Below are positions 17,227-26,590 of a stretch of 32,314 bases of DNA, one piece after another. The notes under the pieces are model-generated. The model made no database searches, was not told where the DNA came from, and saw nothing but the letters and a program-made list of their open reading frames with translations. Positions within the stretch are counted from its first letter, which is position 1. Every line of letters begins with the position of its first letter. Where the stretch lies: positions 1-32,314 of the IMG/VR virus record IMGVR_UViG_3300017774_005106. One strand, given 5' to 3'. Position numbers and translations under genes: made by a program. The DNA is from a virus (taxonomy: Duplodnaviria > Caudoviricetes).

Positions 17227-20200
17227 CTAGCAGTTTATATAGCTAAAGTCATCTTTTCGATCAATAGACATTATACTATCTACCATGTCTCTCACTACAT
17301 CAATGTGCGAGATTATTAAACTAAAACGGAACAGATCCTTCATACTAGTAAATAACGTATACATCGAGTTTAGATTAGTACTGTCCAACACTCCTAATCC
17401 TTCATCAATTGCAATGAAATCAGGTTTTGGTAGATTTGTAATCTTAATCAACGCAATTCGTATTGCTATAGAAGCCATAAACTTTTCCATTCCAGAACAC
17501 AATTCTAGCGGCCATTTGTCATTGTCATAACATATAAACGCGTTTATGTTTTTACCATCAGCTTCCAATTCAACTGTAAAGTCAATAATCTGATTTAGAA
17601 TATTGTTAGTGTGTTGCTGAATGTATGGCACTGCCTTACTAATCAATGTGTACGGAATACCATCCTTATACATTGCTTTTGAGTATAATTCGTAAGCAAC
17701 CTGCTCTTCGACTAATTGCTGCATGTGGCTAATTGTTTTCAAGCATTCGTTTATAGTTTGATCTGCAACTTGTATCCTAGCATGATAGTCTTTTACTGTG
17801 TTATTTAGCTTAGACACAGCTATTGATTGTACATTCTTTTCTTTATTAATTTGACTAATCTCATCGTTGATACGTTTGTTATTCACAAGTATTGTAGTGT
17901 TCTCATCGTACACTTTGATATCTGCTTTTATATCCTTAATCTGCACTTTAAGCTTACCATAAGATGCTCTTGCTCGCTCCAACTCAACACTTGCTGTAGT
18001 ACGTTGTAGGTCTAACTCAGCTCTCTCCTTTAGCAGCCTGCTTAGTTCATTAGCCTGCTGTTGGATAAATGAGTTTTGCTCGATAAAATCGACGCACTCT
18101 TTGCGCTTTTGCAAAAACCTATCTACTGTCTGCTTATCCTCTTCTAACTCTTTTTTAGTCTGCATTGCATCTTGAACAAATACATTGGAGGTACAATAGG
18201 AGCAGTTGGGATCATACTCATGTTTGTTAAGTTTTGTGAGTTTTTCAAGCTTATTCTTAGTGTTAAGTTTTAATGCATCTAGCTCCTTGTCTAGCATGAC
18301 CTTAGACCCAACTTCGGATTGATAGTCGTTATATATACTTGTATCAAAGGATTTCTTTTTCTGCTCTATCTCATGACATTTTGCAGAATGATCGCGCTCA
18401 AACTCCTTATAAGTTTGCTGCTTTATCTTACACCTATCCTCCCACTCAACTAGTGAATTTTGTGAATCAATCAAGTCTCCTTGTAAATCTTCTAAGTTTA
18501 ATCCATCACCCTGACACGGTTGTAATTCACGATTAAGCTCTAATAATTTGTCGTTTAGATCTTGCATCCGTTCCTGTGCTGATTCAAGATCTGTAACAGC
18601 TACTTCGTGTTTTTTCTCATAAGACTCCTTTGATCTCTCAGCATCACCTAGTTTTGTTTCAAAGTCTTGCTTTTGATATTCCTCTAATAATATGACCGTT
18701 TTTCTATTATTCTTGTTTGCTAAGTCACAAAGCGAATCAAAAATAGTTACATCCAAAAAGTTAGCTAATAAGTCCTTACGCTCGCCTTGTGTCTTATCAA
18801 TAAAGTTTGAATTATTTTGCTGTAATGATAGTGCTGTTAGTATGAAATCTTCGAAGGTTCCAACATAGGATTGGATATTGGCTGATGTGTCACGCCTCTG
18901 CTCTCCATTAAGTGATACGCGATCTCCTTCTGCTGTGATGTACCAAAAGTCTATATCTACACGAAGTTTGCCTTTTAGTGGCCCACTCCTATACTTTGTT
19001 GCTCTTTTCTCTACAAAGTAATCTAATCCTCCTAATTCAAAATTAAACTTACAATGGAAGTCATCCTTTTTACGATTAAGTACCTGATCAGCTTTGCTTG
19101 CTCTGAACGATTGATCAAATAAGCAAAAGCATAAAGAATCTAATATAGCTGACTTTCCTGCATGGTTAGGTGCGAATATGCCACAAGTTCCTTGCTTAGT
19201 GCTAAAGTCTACTACATTATCTTCACCGTAGCTAAACATATTACTAAACTCAAATAGTTTTGGTTTCCATACAACATTACGTGCTATCTCTGGAAGGTTG
19301 ATTTCTTGATTTAGTTTCTTGTTTATCTCAATAACCTTTGTAATCATATCATCATCTATCCCTTGTGCTGATAGGTACTCTGTCAGCAACTGACTTTGGT
19401 ACTGTACATTCCTTACGTCCCCTTGATTAATTGTATCACCTAGTAGATTTGATGCAGTTCCGTCAGCATTTCTATCCAATCTTTGTACTATTACGTCTCT
19501 AATACGATACTCTTTCCTAATTGTAGCAAGTGCTCTTTTAAGCTGAGCTGGGTCCGTGTTGGTTATTCTTATCCTTAGATTTGTTTTAGAAGTGATAGGT
19601 AAATTTTTTGGTACCTCTCCATCAATAACGTCTAAAGTATAGTATCCATAATCATTTTGTATATCACTAAAAGAATACTCTATTTCATTTTTTGTCAAAT
19701 CTATTAACGCATAACCGTGAGCTTCAAACACCTCACCAAAGTTTTGTTGTACTAAAGATCCTGGATAGAATATTGCTGGATCTAGTTTTGATAGCACTTG
19801 TCTCTTGTGAATATCTCCTAACGGGACAACATCAAAACCTGCAAAGGTGCTCCAGTCTAATCCATGTGATAATAATAAACCACTATCTACTCGACTGTTT
19901 GCAATCGTACCATGATACAAAGCAACAAGCTTTTTATACTTTTCTGGATTAGGTATTTTATCGTGCGTAACGTACTTTTCTGGCTCATCTAGTAAAGACA
20001 TTACACTTACTGCAATGTCACCAATCTCATACAAGCCTGAGTTACGTAAGTAGAATAAATCACTATGCTCCATTCCTTTAACAATTGGAGTCAATGCATC
20101 TAGTCTATGTTTGTTGTTTAAGTTTGCATCGTGATTACCAGCAATTACTACAGTAGGTACTCTATCAGCTAATCCCTTAAATAAATAAGTTACCATTTCA

Positions 20201-20409
20201 ATAAGCTCCGGACTCATTTCTGTCTTAGCATGAACAATGTCACCACCTACTGTGACAATACTATTTGGAGGTAAGCTATTTACTGCTGTAAACAGCTTAT
20301 CAAACACCTCTTTAAACTCTTTGTGTCGTTTCCAGTTACGTAAGTGTATATCTGCAATATGCAGTATATGATCAACTGTTTTTAATTTACATCGAATCTT
20401 ATTTATCAT
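17227..20409 (-). CDS. Fused Mre11/SbcD nuclease - Rad50/SbcC ATPase (T4 gp47-gp46-like)
   Basis: Metallophosphoesterase motifs HIADIH, GGDIVH, AGNHD, LYHG, LGDIH; then Walker A APNHAGKS, Q-loop SLQQ, coiled coil with Zn hook CSYC, signature CSGME, Walker B IAIDEG, H-loop IISH. Confidence 0.93.
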   Translation of the reverse strand: MINKIRCKLKTVDHILHIADIHLRNWKRHKEFKEVFDKLFTAVNSLPPNSIVTVGGDIVHAKTEMSPELIEMVTYLFKGLADRVPTVVIAGNHDANLNNKHRLDALTPIVKGMEHSDLFYLRNSGLYEIGDIAVSVMSLLDEPEKYVTHDKIPNPEKYKKLVALYHGTIANSRVDSGLLLSHGLDWSTFAGFDVVPLGDIHKRQVLSKLDPAIFYPGSLVQQNFGEVFEAHGYALIDLTKNEIEYSFSDIQNDYGYYTLDVIDGEVPKNLPITSKTNLRIRITNTDPAQLKRALATIRKEYRIRDVIVQRLDRNADGTASNLLGDTINQGDVRNVQYQSQLLTEYLSAQGIDDDMITKVIEINKKLNQEINLPEIARNVVWKPKLFEFSNMFSYGEDNVVDFSTKQGTCGIFAPNHAGKSAILDSLCFCLFDQSFRASKADQVLNRKKDDFHCKFNFELGGLDYFVEKRATKYRSGPLKGKLRVDIDFWYITAEGDRVSLNGEQRRDTSANIQSYVGTFEDFILTALSLQQNNSNFIDKTQGERKDLLANFLDVTIFDSLCDLANKNNRKTVILLEEYQKQDFETKLGDAERSKESYEKKHEVAVTDLESAQERMQDLNDKLLELNRELQPCQGDGLNLEDLQGDLIDSQNSLVEWEDRCKIKQQTYKEFERDHSAKCHEIEQKKKSFDTSIYNDYQSEVGSKVMLDKELDALKLNTKNKLEKLTKLNKHEYDPNCSYCTSNVFVQDAMQTKKELEEDKQTVDRFLQKRKECVDFIEQNSFIQQQANELSRLLKERAELDLQRTTASVELERARASYGKLKVQIKDIKADIKVYDENTTILVNNKRINDEISQINKEKNVQSIAVSKLNNTVKDYHARIQVADQTINECLKTISHMQQLVEEQVAYELYSKAMYKDGIPYTLISKAVPYIQQHTNNILNQIIDFTVELEADGKNINAFICYDNDKWPLELCSGMEKFMASIAIRIALIKITNLPKPDFIAIDEGLGVLDSTNLNSMYTLFTSMKDLFRFSLIISHIDVVRDMVDSIMSIDRKDDFSYINC

Positions 20410-21335
20410 AGAGTCATTTTATATTGAATCAAATCAAAAAACGTAATCTCTCGAGCTTCACCTATTGCGTCTATCATATTGTGATATCCCATTTCATTTG
20501 GATCTTTTGATCCAAGTTCAACATAGTGTACTCTAATGTTATTATTTAGAAAGTATTCTATTTCAACTATACTATCCTTGTATGCGTCAGCATCTAAAGC
20601 TAAATTGATTCTTGGCACTTTGTGGTGTAGTATTTGTGTTCTCAGCTTAGGTAATATTTTTTTACCAAAGAGAGGTATTGTATTTCGCTTTGTTGCAATT
20701 GCATCAAATGCACCCTCAACTATTGTTATAGGCTCGCTCCAGTTGATATGACTATCAAAACCAATTACATCTTTTGAAATAGGTGGATTTTTGTGTTTTA
20801 GAGAGCTATCATAGAAGCTTCTTCCAACATAATAATTTAATATTCCTTGATCGTCATAGCTTGGAACGATAAGCATTCCAGCATACGGTCCTGAATCACA
20901 GTATCCTACTTGGTGTTTCAGAATATCAATTGCACTGAGCTTTCTCGTCTTCATAGCATAGTATAATGCATTACGATAGTCTGGATTATTGCTTTTTATG
21001 TAAAGTGGTTTGTATGATTCTGGTAAGCTGTACAGTGTTCTGGAGGTCTTGAAGTCGGAAGATGGTCCTGATCCTCTATCTCCGTATACTTCTTTTATTT
21101 TTGGATAAACATCTGGTGATGCATTGCTTTTTCTTAGCAACATGCTGATAGATTGTCCTCGTGCATTACACACCCAGCAGTGCCACTTTTGACTTACAAT
21201 ATTAACTTGCAGCTTTTGCTTGTAGTGATTACAAAATGGACATGAAAAGCTTCTCTCTCCATCCTTATGTGGTGTAGATTTTCCTAGATGCGTGTGAAGC
21301 ACCTGCATAACAGATTCTATCTGAATTGTAGTCAT
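20406..21335 (-). CDS. DNA primase (Zn ribbon + TOPRIM)
   Basis: CPFC...WHCWVC Zn finger, YYVGRS, TOPRIM IVEGAFDA and LALDADA, KDPNE. Likely start is the ATG at 21335 rather than 21374. Confidence 0.9.
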   Translation of the reverse strand: MTTIQIESVMQVLHTHLGKSTPHKDGERSFSCPFCNHYKQKLQVNIVSQKWHCWVCNARGQSISMLLRKSNASPDVYPKIKEVYGDRGSGPSSDFKTSRTLYSLPESYKPLYIKSNNPDYRNALYYAMKTRKLSAIDILKHQVGYCDSGPYAGMLIVPSYDDQGILNYYVGRSFYDSSLKHKNPPISKDVIGFDSHINWSEPITIVEGAFDAIATKRNTIPLFGKKILPKLRTQILHHKVPRINLALDADAYKDSIVEIEYFLNNNIRVHYVELGSKDPNEMGYHNMIDAIGEAREITFFDLIQYKMTL

Positions 21336-21341
21336 TGTATA

Positions 21342-21370
21342 ACTATACGGAAATAAAACTGTTATAACAA
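21342..21370 (-). promoter_or_regulatory. Putative sigma70-like early/middle promoter for primase and the Mre11-Rad50 fusion
   Basis: TTGTTA(21370-21365)-17 nt-TATAGT(21347-21342), then 6 nt to the primase ATG. Confidence 0.45.
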
Positions 21371-21763
21371 CCAATCGGCTGGAATATCCTTATCTGCGTA
21401 TAAAAATCCATGTTTAATACACCAATCGGCATAAGTTGTTTTTGAACCTTTTCTAATCTTGTTTTTTGAATTTTGGAAGACAAATCTAATATCTAATTCT
21501 GGACTTTGAGCTTTTATTAAAATATGTTTTTGTTGATCTGCTAACACAAATCGTCCTTTTGTTTCTATAAAGATACCATTAGGTAATTTAAAGTCTGGGG
21601 TGTATTTGTGTTGTGTGGCAGGCTTTGTGTAGGATATTTTATGTTGTTCATACTCTCCATCGATACCATTATCTTTGAGTATTTTATCTATATCTACCTC
21701 AAGACCACTTCGATAACCAGCTACTAATGCCGCTTGTCTTTTTGCGTAAACTCTTTTTGCCAT
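21362..21763 (-). CDS. Endonuclease I-like Holliday junction resolvase (T7 gp3 family)
   Basis: YRSGLE, YTPDFKLPNGIFIETKGRF, KHILIKAQSPELDIRFVF, TTYADWCIKHGF, IPADWL all match T7 endonuclease I motifs. Confidence 0.93.
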   Translation of the reverse strand: MAKRVYAKRQAALVAGYRSGLEVDIDKILKDNGIDGEYEQHKISYTKPATQHKYTPDFKLPNGIFIETKGRFVLADQQKHILIKAQSPELDIRFVFQNSKNKIRKGSKTTYADWCIKHGFLYADKDIPADWLL

Positions 21764-21769
21764 ATTGAA

Positions 21770-24634
21770 TTAGGTATCGTACTTAAGTATAATTGTTGTA
21801 TCAACATTATTTGGTAGTTTCATTGGTGATGATAGTTTTGCAACAATTAATAGTCTATTCTGATCATCATACAGTCCTATAGAAGTTACATATGGTTTAA
21901 AGCTAGAGCCAGTTGTAAATGGTCTAAATTCAAATTGATTTGTGTATGAATTATAAAACTGCAAGGACGGGTTGTTGCTCCTATTAAAATCTCCAGCTCC
22001 AATTGTACATGAAACCTCTTTTTCATATATTGTATGCGTTCCTCTTAATGTTATTCGTGTAATGTCCATATACCGAGATGCTACCGAACCCAGTACCATC
22101 ATTCCTTGATTATAAAAAACAGTACCAACTACAGTGTTATTCTGTCCTAATGTGTGTCTTGATATTGCAATTTCTGCTGATGTTAATACTCTTTTATATA
22201 TTTTAATATTATCAATTACACCATCAAAACCTCTATCTTTACGAAATGAATTTCCTATTATAATATTTCCTCGATTTGAGCATCCCCTACTTAAATTTGT
22301 ATCTAAGGTTGTTCCTTGCAAAACTCCATTTATATACAACTGCATTTGAGATCCTGTCTTTATAGCAGTGAGATGTACCAGTTGGTTTAGAACAATACTA
22401 CCTGACACCTTTGGTTGTTCTAATAGATTATTTCGCTCAAAGACCACATTCATTGATGGAGTTAAATATATATGATATGGTGTTCTGTTGTCAGCAAAGT
22501 AAGTATATGGATTACCATTTATGTCTATAGCCGTATCCTCTTCTGGTCCCTCTTTTACAATAATAACCGATCCCGTAGCGTTAGTTGGCACAGTTGTAGG
22601 TCGGATCATTGCTGTTATTGTAAAGTCCCCATTTTCAAAATTGTAATTTTGTTTATACTCTTGGACTACATTAGGTTGTATAACTATGCTAGAGCTTAGT
22701 GATGCACTAAATGTTGGAACTACTCCTAATAAATCAATAGGCTGAGCAAGTGGTGGTGATAGGCCTTTAATATTTGTAAATACTATATTTGAATAGTTTG
22801 ACTGCATCTGCCAATTACCCTTATTGTAACTACTGGTAAACGAGATTGGTCCTTTTCCATTATATTTGTATATATCTAGGGTTGGCCATTCTCCGGCAAT
22901 GCCACTAGTAATAGCACCCGATACTAAGGTAGTGCCATCTACTGGTGAAACAAATCCACCAGATACGTATAGATTGCCATATAGATCGTCCACAATAGTA
23001 ACTGCTGTATTGCTTTGACTTATTGTATAGGTTCCTTCTATTATTATTGATCCCTGTTGTATGCTTTGTCCAAATTTAGACTGAGCTAGACTAAATACTT
23101 GTGCTTGATCTTCTAAAAATCTATCTTGTGTATTTATGTTCCCTCCTCCAAACGTAGCTTTTGTGTTATTATAAAAATTTTCATAAAACAAATGGTTAAG
23201 AGATTTATGTACTACTCTTTGAAATTTATCATTTGCAGTTTTAGGTTCAAAATATTGAAATGTTGGGTTGCCTTCATCAAATAACGTATTCAATGGGTCA
23301 TAGCTTGGGTGGGATGGTTGTGGATTGTAGTCTGCTTTATATTGTTGAAATGTTAAATCTTCTAAACGAAACTCAACAAAGCGATTATTATAAGATGAAC
23401 TAAATCCAACAAATGCTTGCATGTTTTCTCCGCTTATACGCAAATCTCCTTTTGTGGATCCCATGTGTATAGGGTTTGATATTTCGTAGGTGTACGGGTT
23501 TATTGTAAAAAAAATAGAATCTTGCGAGTCTGTAGTTGTTCCTGCAAAAACACCAATAGATCCTGATGGATTATTTATTTGTATTGTTGCTTTGACTATT
23601 GGCTTTTTTGCAACATATTGTCTTGCATCTACTATTTTTTCAAAAGAGGCTGGTGTTGCTATGTAATTTAAACCTACTTGACCAGATTGATATACTATGT
23701 GTATTTGCGTACTCCTTAGTGGTGGTGTACCAAAACCGATAAGGTACGGTTCTCTATTAGCTCTATCTTGTAGTATATCAGCTATATTTGATTCTAATAG
23801 CGATGATGATCCGTTTGGCTTAACGCCATACAAATAACCGTCTTGCATTAATAAAAAATATAAATCTTGATTGAAATTATAAAGTAAGGTTTTTGGTAAT
23901 ACACCTGGATTTGAACCTAGAGAACTAGATCCTGCTGCAACAAGTGTGTTTGCTGAAAAGTTGCCAGAAAAAGAAACTGCATATGCGTTTGATCCCGTAA
24001 CTGATATTGCTATAATCCTATCGCCATCTGCTGCTTTACCCTCTGCGTTTATAGCATAAAAAGACGAGGTAAGTGACGGATTTCCTAATCCACTAATAGT
24101 TTGTTCAAAACCTAAAAATTGTTGAGTATTTTCATCAAACGTGTCTGCACTTATACCACCCGTTCCTGCAATAAATATAAGACTTTCTCCTTGATTGTTT
24201 GTTTGAGTATATGATACATCATAAGGCTTAGTTACTATTGAACTTGTATATGTCTGAAGTGTAAAATCTCCCTTTATCATGGATACTACTGAGGGAATCG
24301 AAGGATGGGGTATATCTTCTGAATAAGCAATGATTCTATCTTGAGCCATTGATGCACCAAACTTAGCGCCTAACAACCCAAGAACGCTTAAGTTTCCAAC
24401 TATTTCATAATCTTCTGACGGTCTTAGTTTTAAGATTGAACTACTACTTACATCTACGCTGTAAACAGAGTCTTGTGTAAACCCTCCAGCTGGTATACCA
24501 CTTACTTGAATTGGATTAGAGTTTACACTTGTGTAGTAGTTTGTATAGCAAGTTACATCAGTCCATTTCTTATGTGTTTGAAATGGTGTTAGTCTTATAT
24601 CAGATGCATCAAGATTTTTAAAAACTCCAGCCAT
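21770..24634 (-). CDS. Baseplate/tail-associated protein with LamG (ConA-like) domain
   Basis: LamG-type DFTITAMIRP...HLTAIKTGSQMQLYINGVLQ...IIIG...FDGVIDNIKIYKRVLTSAEI; C-terminal PYVTSIGLYDDQNRLLIVAKLSSP shared with the 353-aa neighbour. Confidence 0.8.
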   Translation of the reverse strand: MAGVFKNLDASDIRLTPFQTHKKWTDVTCYTNYYTSVNSNPIQVSGIPAGGFTQDSVYSVDVSSSSILKLRPSEDYEIVGNLSVLGLLGAKFGASMAQDRIIAYSEDIPHPSIPSVVSMIKGDFTLQTYTSSIVTKPYDVSYTQTNNQGESLIFIAGTGGISADTFDENTQQFLGFEQTISGLGNPSLTSSFYAINAEGKAADGDRIIAISVTGSNAYAVSFSGNFSANTLVAAGSSSLGSNPGVLPKTLLYNFNQDLYFLLMQDGYLYGVKPNGSSSLLESNIADILQDRANREPYLIGFGTPPLRSTQIHIVYQSGQVGLNYIATPASFEKIVDARQYVAKKPIVKATIQINNPSGSIGVFAGTTTDSQDSIFFTINPYTYEISNPIHMGSTKGDLRISGENMQAFVGFSSSYNNRFVEFRLEDLTFQQYKADYNPQPSHPSYDPLNTLFDEGNPTFQYFEPKTANDKFQRVVHKSLNHLFYENFYNNTKATFGGGNINTQDRFLEDQAQVFSLAQSKFGQSIQQGSIIIEGTYTISQSNTAVTIVDDLYGNLYVSGGFVSPVDGTTLVSGAITSGIAGEWPTLDIYKYNGKGPISFTSSYNKGNWQMQSNYSNIVFTNIKGLSPPLAQPIDLLGVVPTFSASLSSSIVIQPNVVQEYKQNYNFENGDFTITAMIRPTTVPTNATGSVIIVKEGPEEDTAIDINGNPYTYFADNRTPYHIYLTPSMNVVFERNNLLEQPKVSGSIVLNQLVHLTAIKTGSQMQLYINGVLQGTTLDTNLSRGCSNRGNIIIGNSFRKDRGFDGVIDNIKIYKRVLTSAEIAISRHTLGQNNTVVGTVFYNQGMMVLGSVASRYMDITRITLRGTHTIYEKEVSCTIGAGDFNRSNNPSLQFYNSYTNQFEFRPFTTGSSFKPYVTSIGLYDDQNRLLIVAKLSSPMKLPNNVDTTIILKYDT

Positions 24635-24638
24635 TATG

Positions 24639-24646
24639 TATAAATA
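24639..24646 (-). promoter_or_regulatory. Putative late promoter TATTTATA
   Basis: Exact motif 4 nt before the ATG at 24634. Confidence 0.65.
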
Positions 24647-24648
24647 GA

Positions 24649-24684
24649 CTTAGAAAAACAAATTTAAAGTTAGTATTTTCTAAG
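24649..24684. repeat. 9-bp intergenic inverted repeat
   Basis: cttagaaaa (24649-24657) and ttttctaag (24676-24684), 18-nt spacer, directly upstream of the TATTTATA motif. Confidence 0.5.
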
Positions 24685-24715
24685 ATGTGTACTTCACTTA
24701 TCTTAATTAGGCTTG

Positions 24716-25777
24716 TTAGTAATCAAGCTTAACCTTAATAAGTGCTTCACGGTTAAAACTTTTCAATAAAGGCTTACTAAGCTTAGCTACCGCCACTAGT
24801 CTGTTATTTGGATCGAACATTCCAATTGTAGTAATATACACGCTAGGATTACGAAGCATGCTAGCATGTCTAAATACTCCAGAACTTCCAGTTACAAAGG
24901 TAGGATTATTTGAGAAATTAAACTGTCTATTTGTTATTCTGACAAAGTAGTGTGTTGAGGTTACTTGCTCTTGACTTCGGGCTGCAAAATAAGATGAGGC
25001 TGATATGAACCTTGATCCCGTAATTGAATTTTTTGGTTGAAACGAAGCGGCAGATAGTACAGCGGCAGATTGTGAATTGAATGGTACCCCTAGTTCATTC
25101 TTTAATCGAGTTGCATTAAAGATTAAAACACCTTGATCCGGATAAAATAAACCGTAGACCGTACTTGATGCTGTTACTGCACCAGATCCACTATATATTC
25201 CTATTATCCTACCAGCTTCATTCAGTGTTGGTGTTACCTCTTCTCCACTATTATCAATAAAAGAAGAATAAGATGTGACTCCAGCCGATAAAGTACCACT
25301 AGCAATTCTAAGTTCCCAATTTCCTGGATCTACCTTTTGACGAAAACGTGCTCGTGCTATGTTGATCACTAGGATATCATTAGGTTGTTCATTTGCATTA
25401 AAAGTAAACGCTAAATCAGTTGGAGGTAAAAGCTGATTTCTATATTGCGAATAGATTGCTCTGGTTGGGGTATCATTTTGATTTTGTCCAACTGTGTTTG
25501 GATCACCATAAGATCCACTACCAAGTCTGTGTCCATACGCTACTGCAAACTGCACTGCTGCGTTGGCATCTGTTTGTGGATTTCTATGAAATACGTTTAC
25601 ATAATAGTCGCCTGATTGAGAGACTTGTGCTGATTGCGTAAAAAATCCAATTCCAGTTGCACCTCCAAATGACTGAGAATACGGATTCATGTTTTCTGAC
25701 CAGATCGGTTGGGATACTACTTGAATATCTCCCGACACGATGTCGTCTTGTGTAAAATTTTTATATATTTCTGCCAT
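24716..25777 (-). CDS. Baseplate/tail-collar-type structural protein
   Basis: C-terminal FNFSNNPTF...VYITTIGMFDPNNRLVAVAKLSKP; apparent paralogue of 21770..24634. Confidence 0.75.
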   Translation of the reverse strand: MAEIYKNFTQDDIVSGDIQVVSQPIWSENMNPYSQSFGGATGIGFFTQSAQVSQSGDYYVNVFHRNPQTDANAAVQFAVAYGHRLGSGSYGDPNTVGQNQNDTPTRAIYSQYRNQLLPPTDLAFTFNANEQPNDILVINIARARFRQKVDPGNWELRIASGTLSAGVTSYSSFIDNSGEEVTPTLNEAGRIIGIYSGSGAVTASSTVYGLFYPDQGVLIFNATRLKNELGVPFNSQSAAVLSAASFQPKNSITGSRFISASSYFAARSQEQVTSTHYFVRITNRQFNFSNNPTFVTGSSGVFRHASMLRNPSVYITTIGMFDPNNRLVAVAKLSKPLLKSFNREALIKVKLDY

Positions 25778-25807
25778 TATGCTTTAGTTGCTTGTGTTGT
25801 TATTATC

Positions 25808-26542
25808 TTATTGTATTGATGTCTGTATGTCTAGTGTTAAAAAGTTAGAAGGATCAACTGTAATAATAATTGTTTTAAATCCTCCCGTCTCATTACCAAC
25901 TATTGTTAATACTGCTTTTACAATTTGAGTAGTGTTTGCTTGTGGTTTTGGTTTTAAAACAAACTGAGTACCTATTTTAGTTACTGTTTTTCCAGTAGTA
26001 GATATTCCTGTTAGCTCATCATCCAAGAAGTTAGTTACTGATATTCCTTGATCTTGTAATAACGAATTTTGGACTGGACTTGTTGGCCCTCCTTGATTAA
26101 CTTTACCATTAGGTGCAATCATAAGAGTTGCAACTGTGTCGTCACTCAATATTGCTGTGTATCCGAAGATTCCGTTTCCATTTTGTAAGTTTAATGTACT
26201 AGGTGTTATTGTTACTTCTTGAGTTAATGAGGTAAAACTTACAGAAGACGGTGCAAGACTAATAACTGGAATACCGATAACATCTTTTGGTAAAGTAAGT
26301 AGTTTGTATCGCATCATTTGCGTTTCGTCGGGCAAAGCCTCGAGTACTGGCATGTTTTCAATTACAGCACCATAGTAGTTAGTTCCTAGTGTATGTGCTG
26401 GGTTGTATAAATCGTAATCGATTTCATCGTCAGCTACTGCAAATTTAACTACGTTTAGCTGTCCTCCAGCTGCTAGTAGCTGCCGGCCTTTGTTTGTTAA
26501 AATTGCATCAACGGTAACGGTTGTGTTGTCTAAATATCCCAC
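25808..26542 (-). CDS. Baseplate/tail-collar-type structural protein
   Basis: GTG start; N-terminal DAILTNKGRQLLA...KFAVADDEIDY resembles the start of tail-collar (DUF3751-like) domains. Confidence 0.7.
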   Translation of the reverse strand: MGYLDNTTVTVDAILTNKGRQLLAAGGQLNVVKFAVADDEIDYDLYNPAHTLGTNYYGAVIENMPVLEALPDETQMMRYKLLTLPKDVIGIPVISLAPSSVSFTSLTQEVTITPSTLNLQNGNGIFGYTAILSDDTVATLMIAPNGKVNQGGPTSPVQNSLLQDQGISVTNFLDDELTGISTTGKTVTKIGTQFVLKPKPQANTTQIVKAVLTIVGNETGGFKTIIITVDPSNFLTLDIQTSIQ

Positions 26543-26564
26543 GGGTTTTTGTATTGGTTCTTAC

Positions 26565-26572
26565 TATAAATA
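26565..26572 (-). promoter_or_regulatory. Putative late promoter TATTTATA
   Basis: Exact motif 22 nt before the GTG at 26542. Confidence 0.6.
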
Positions 26573-26590
26573 TGTCTTGTTTTAGAAAAA

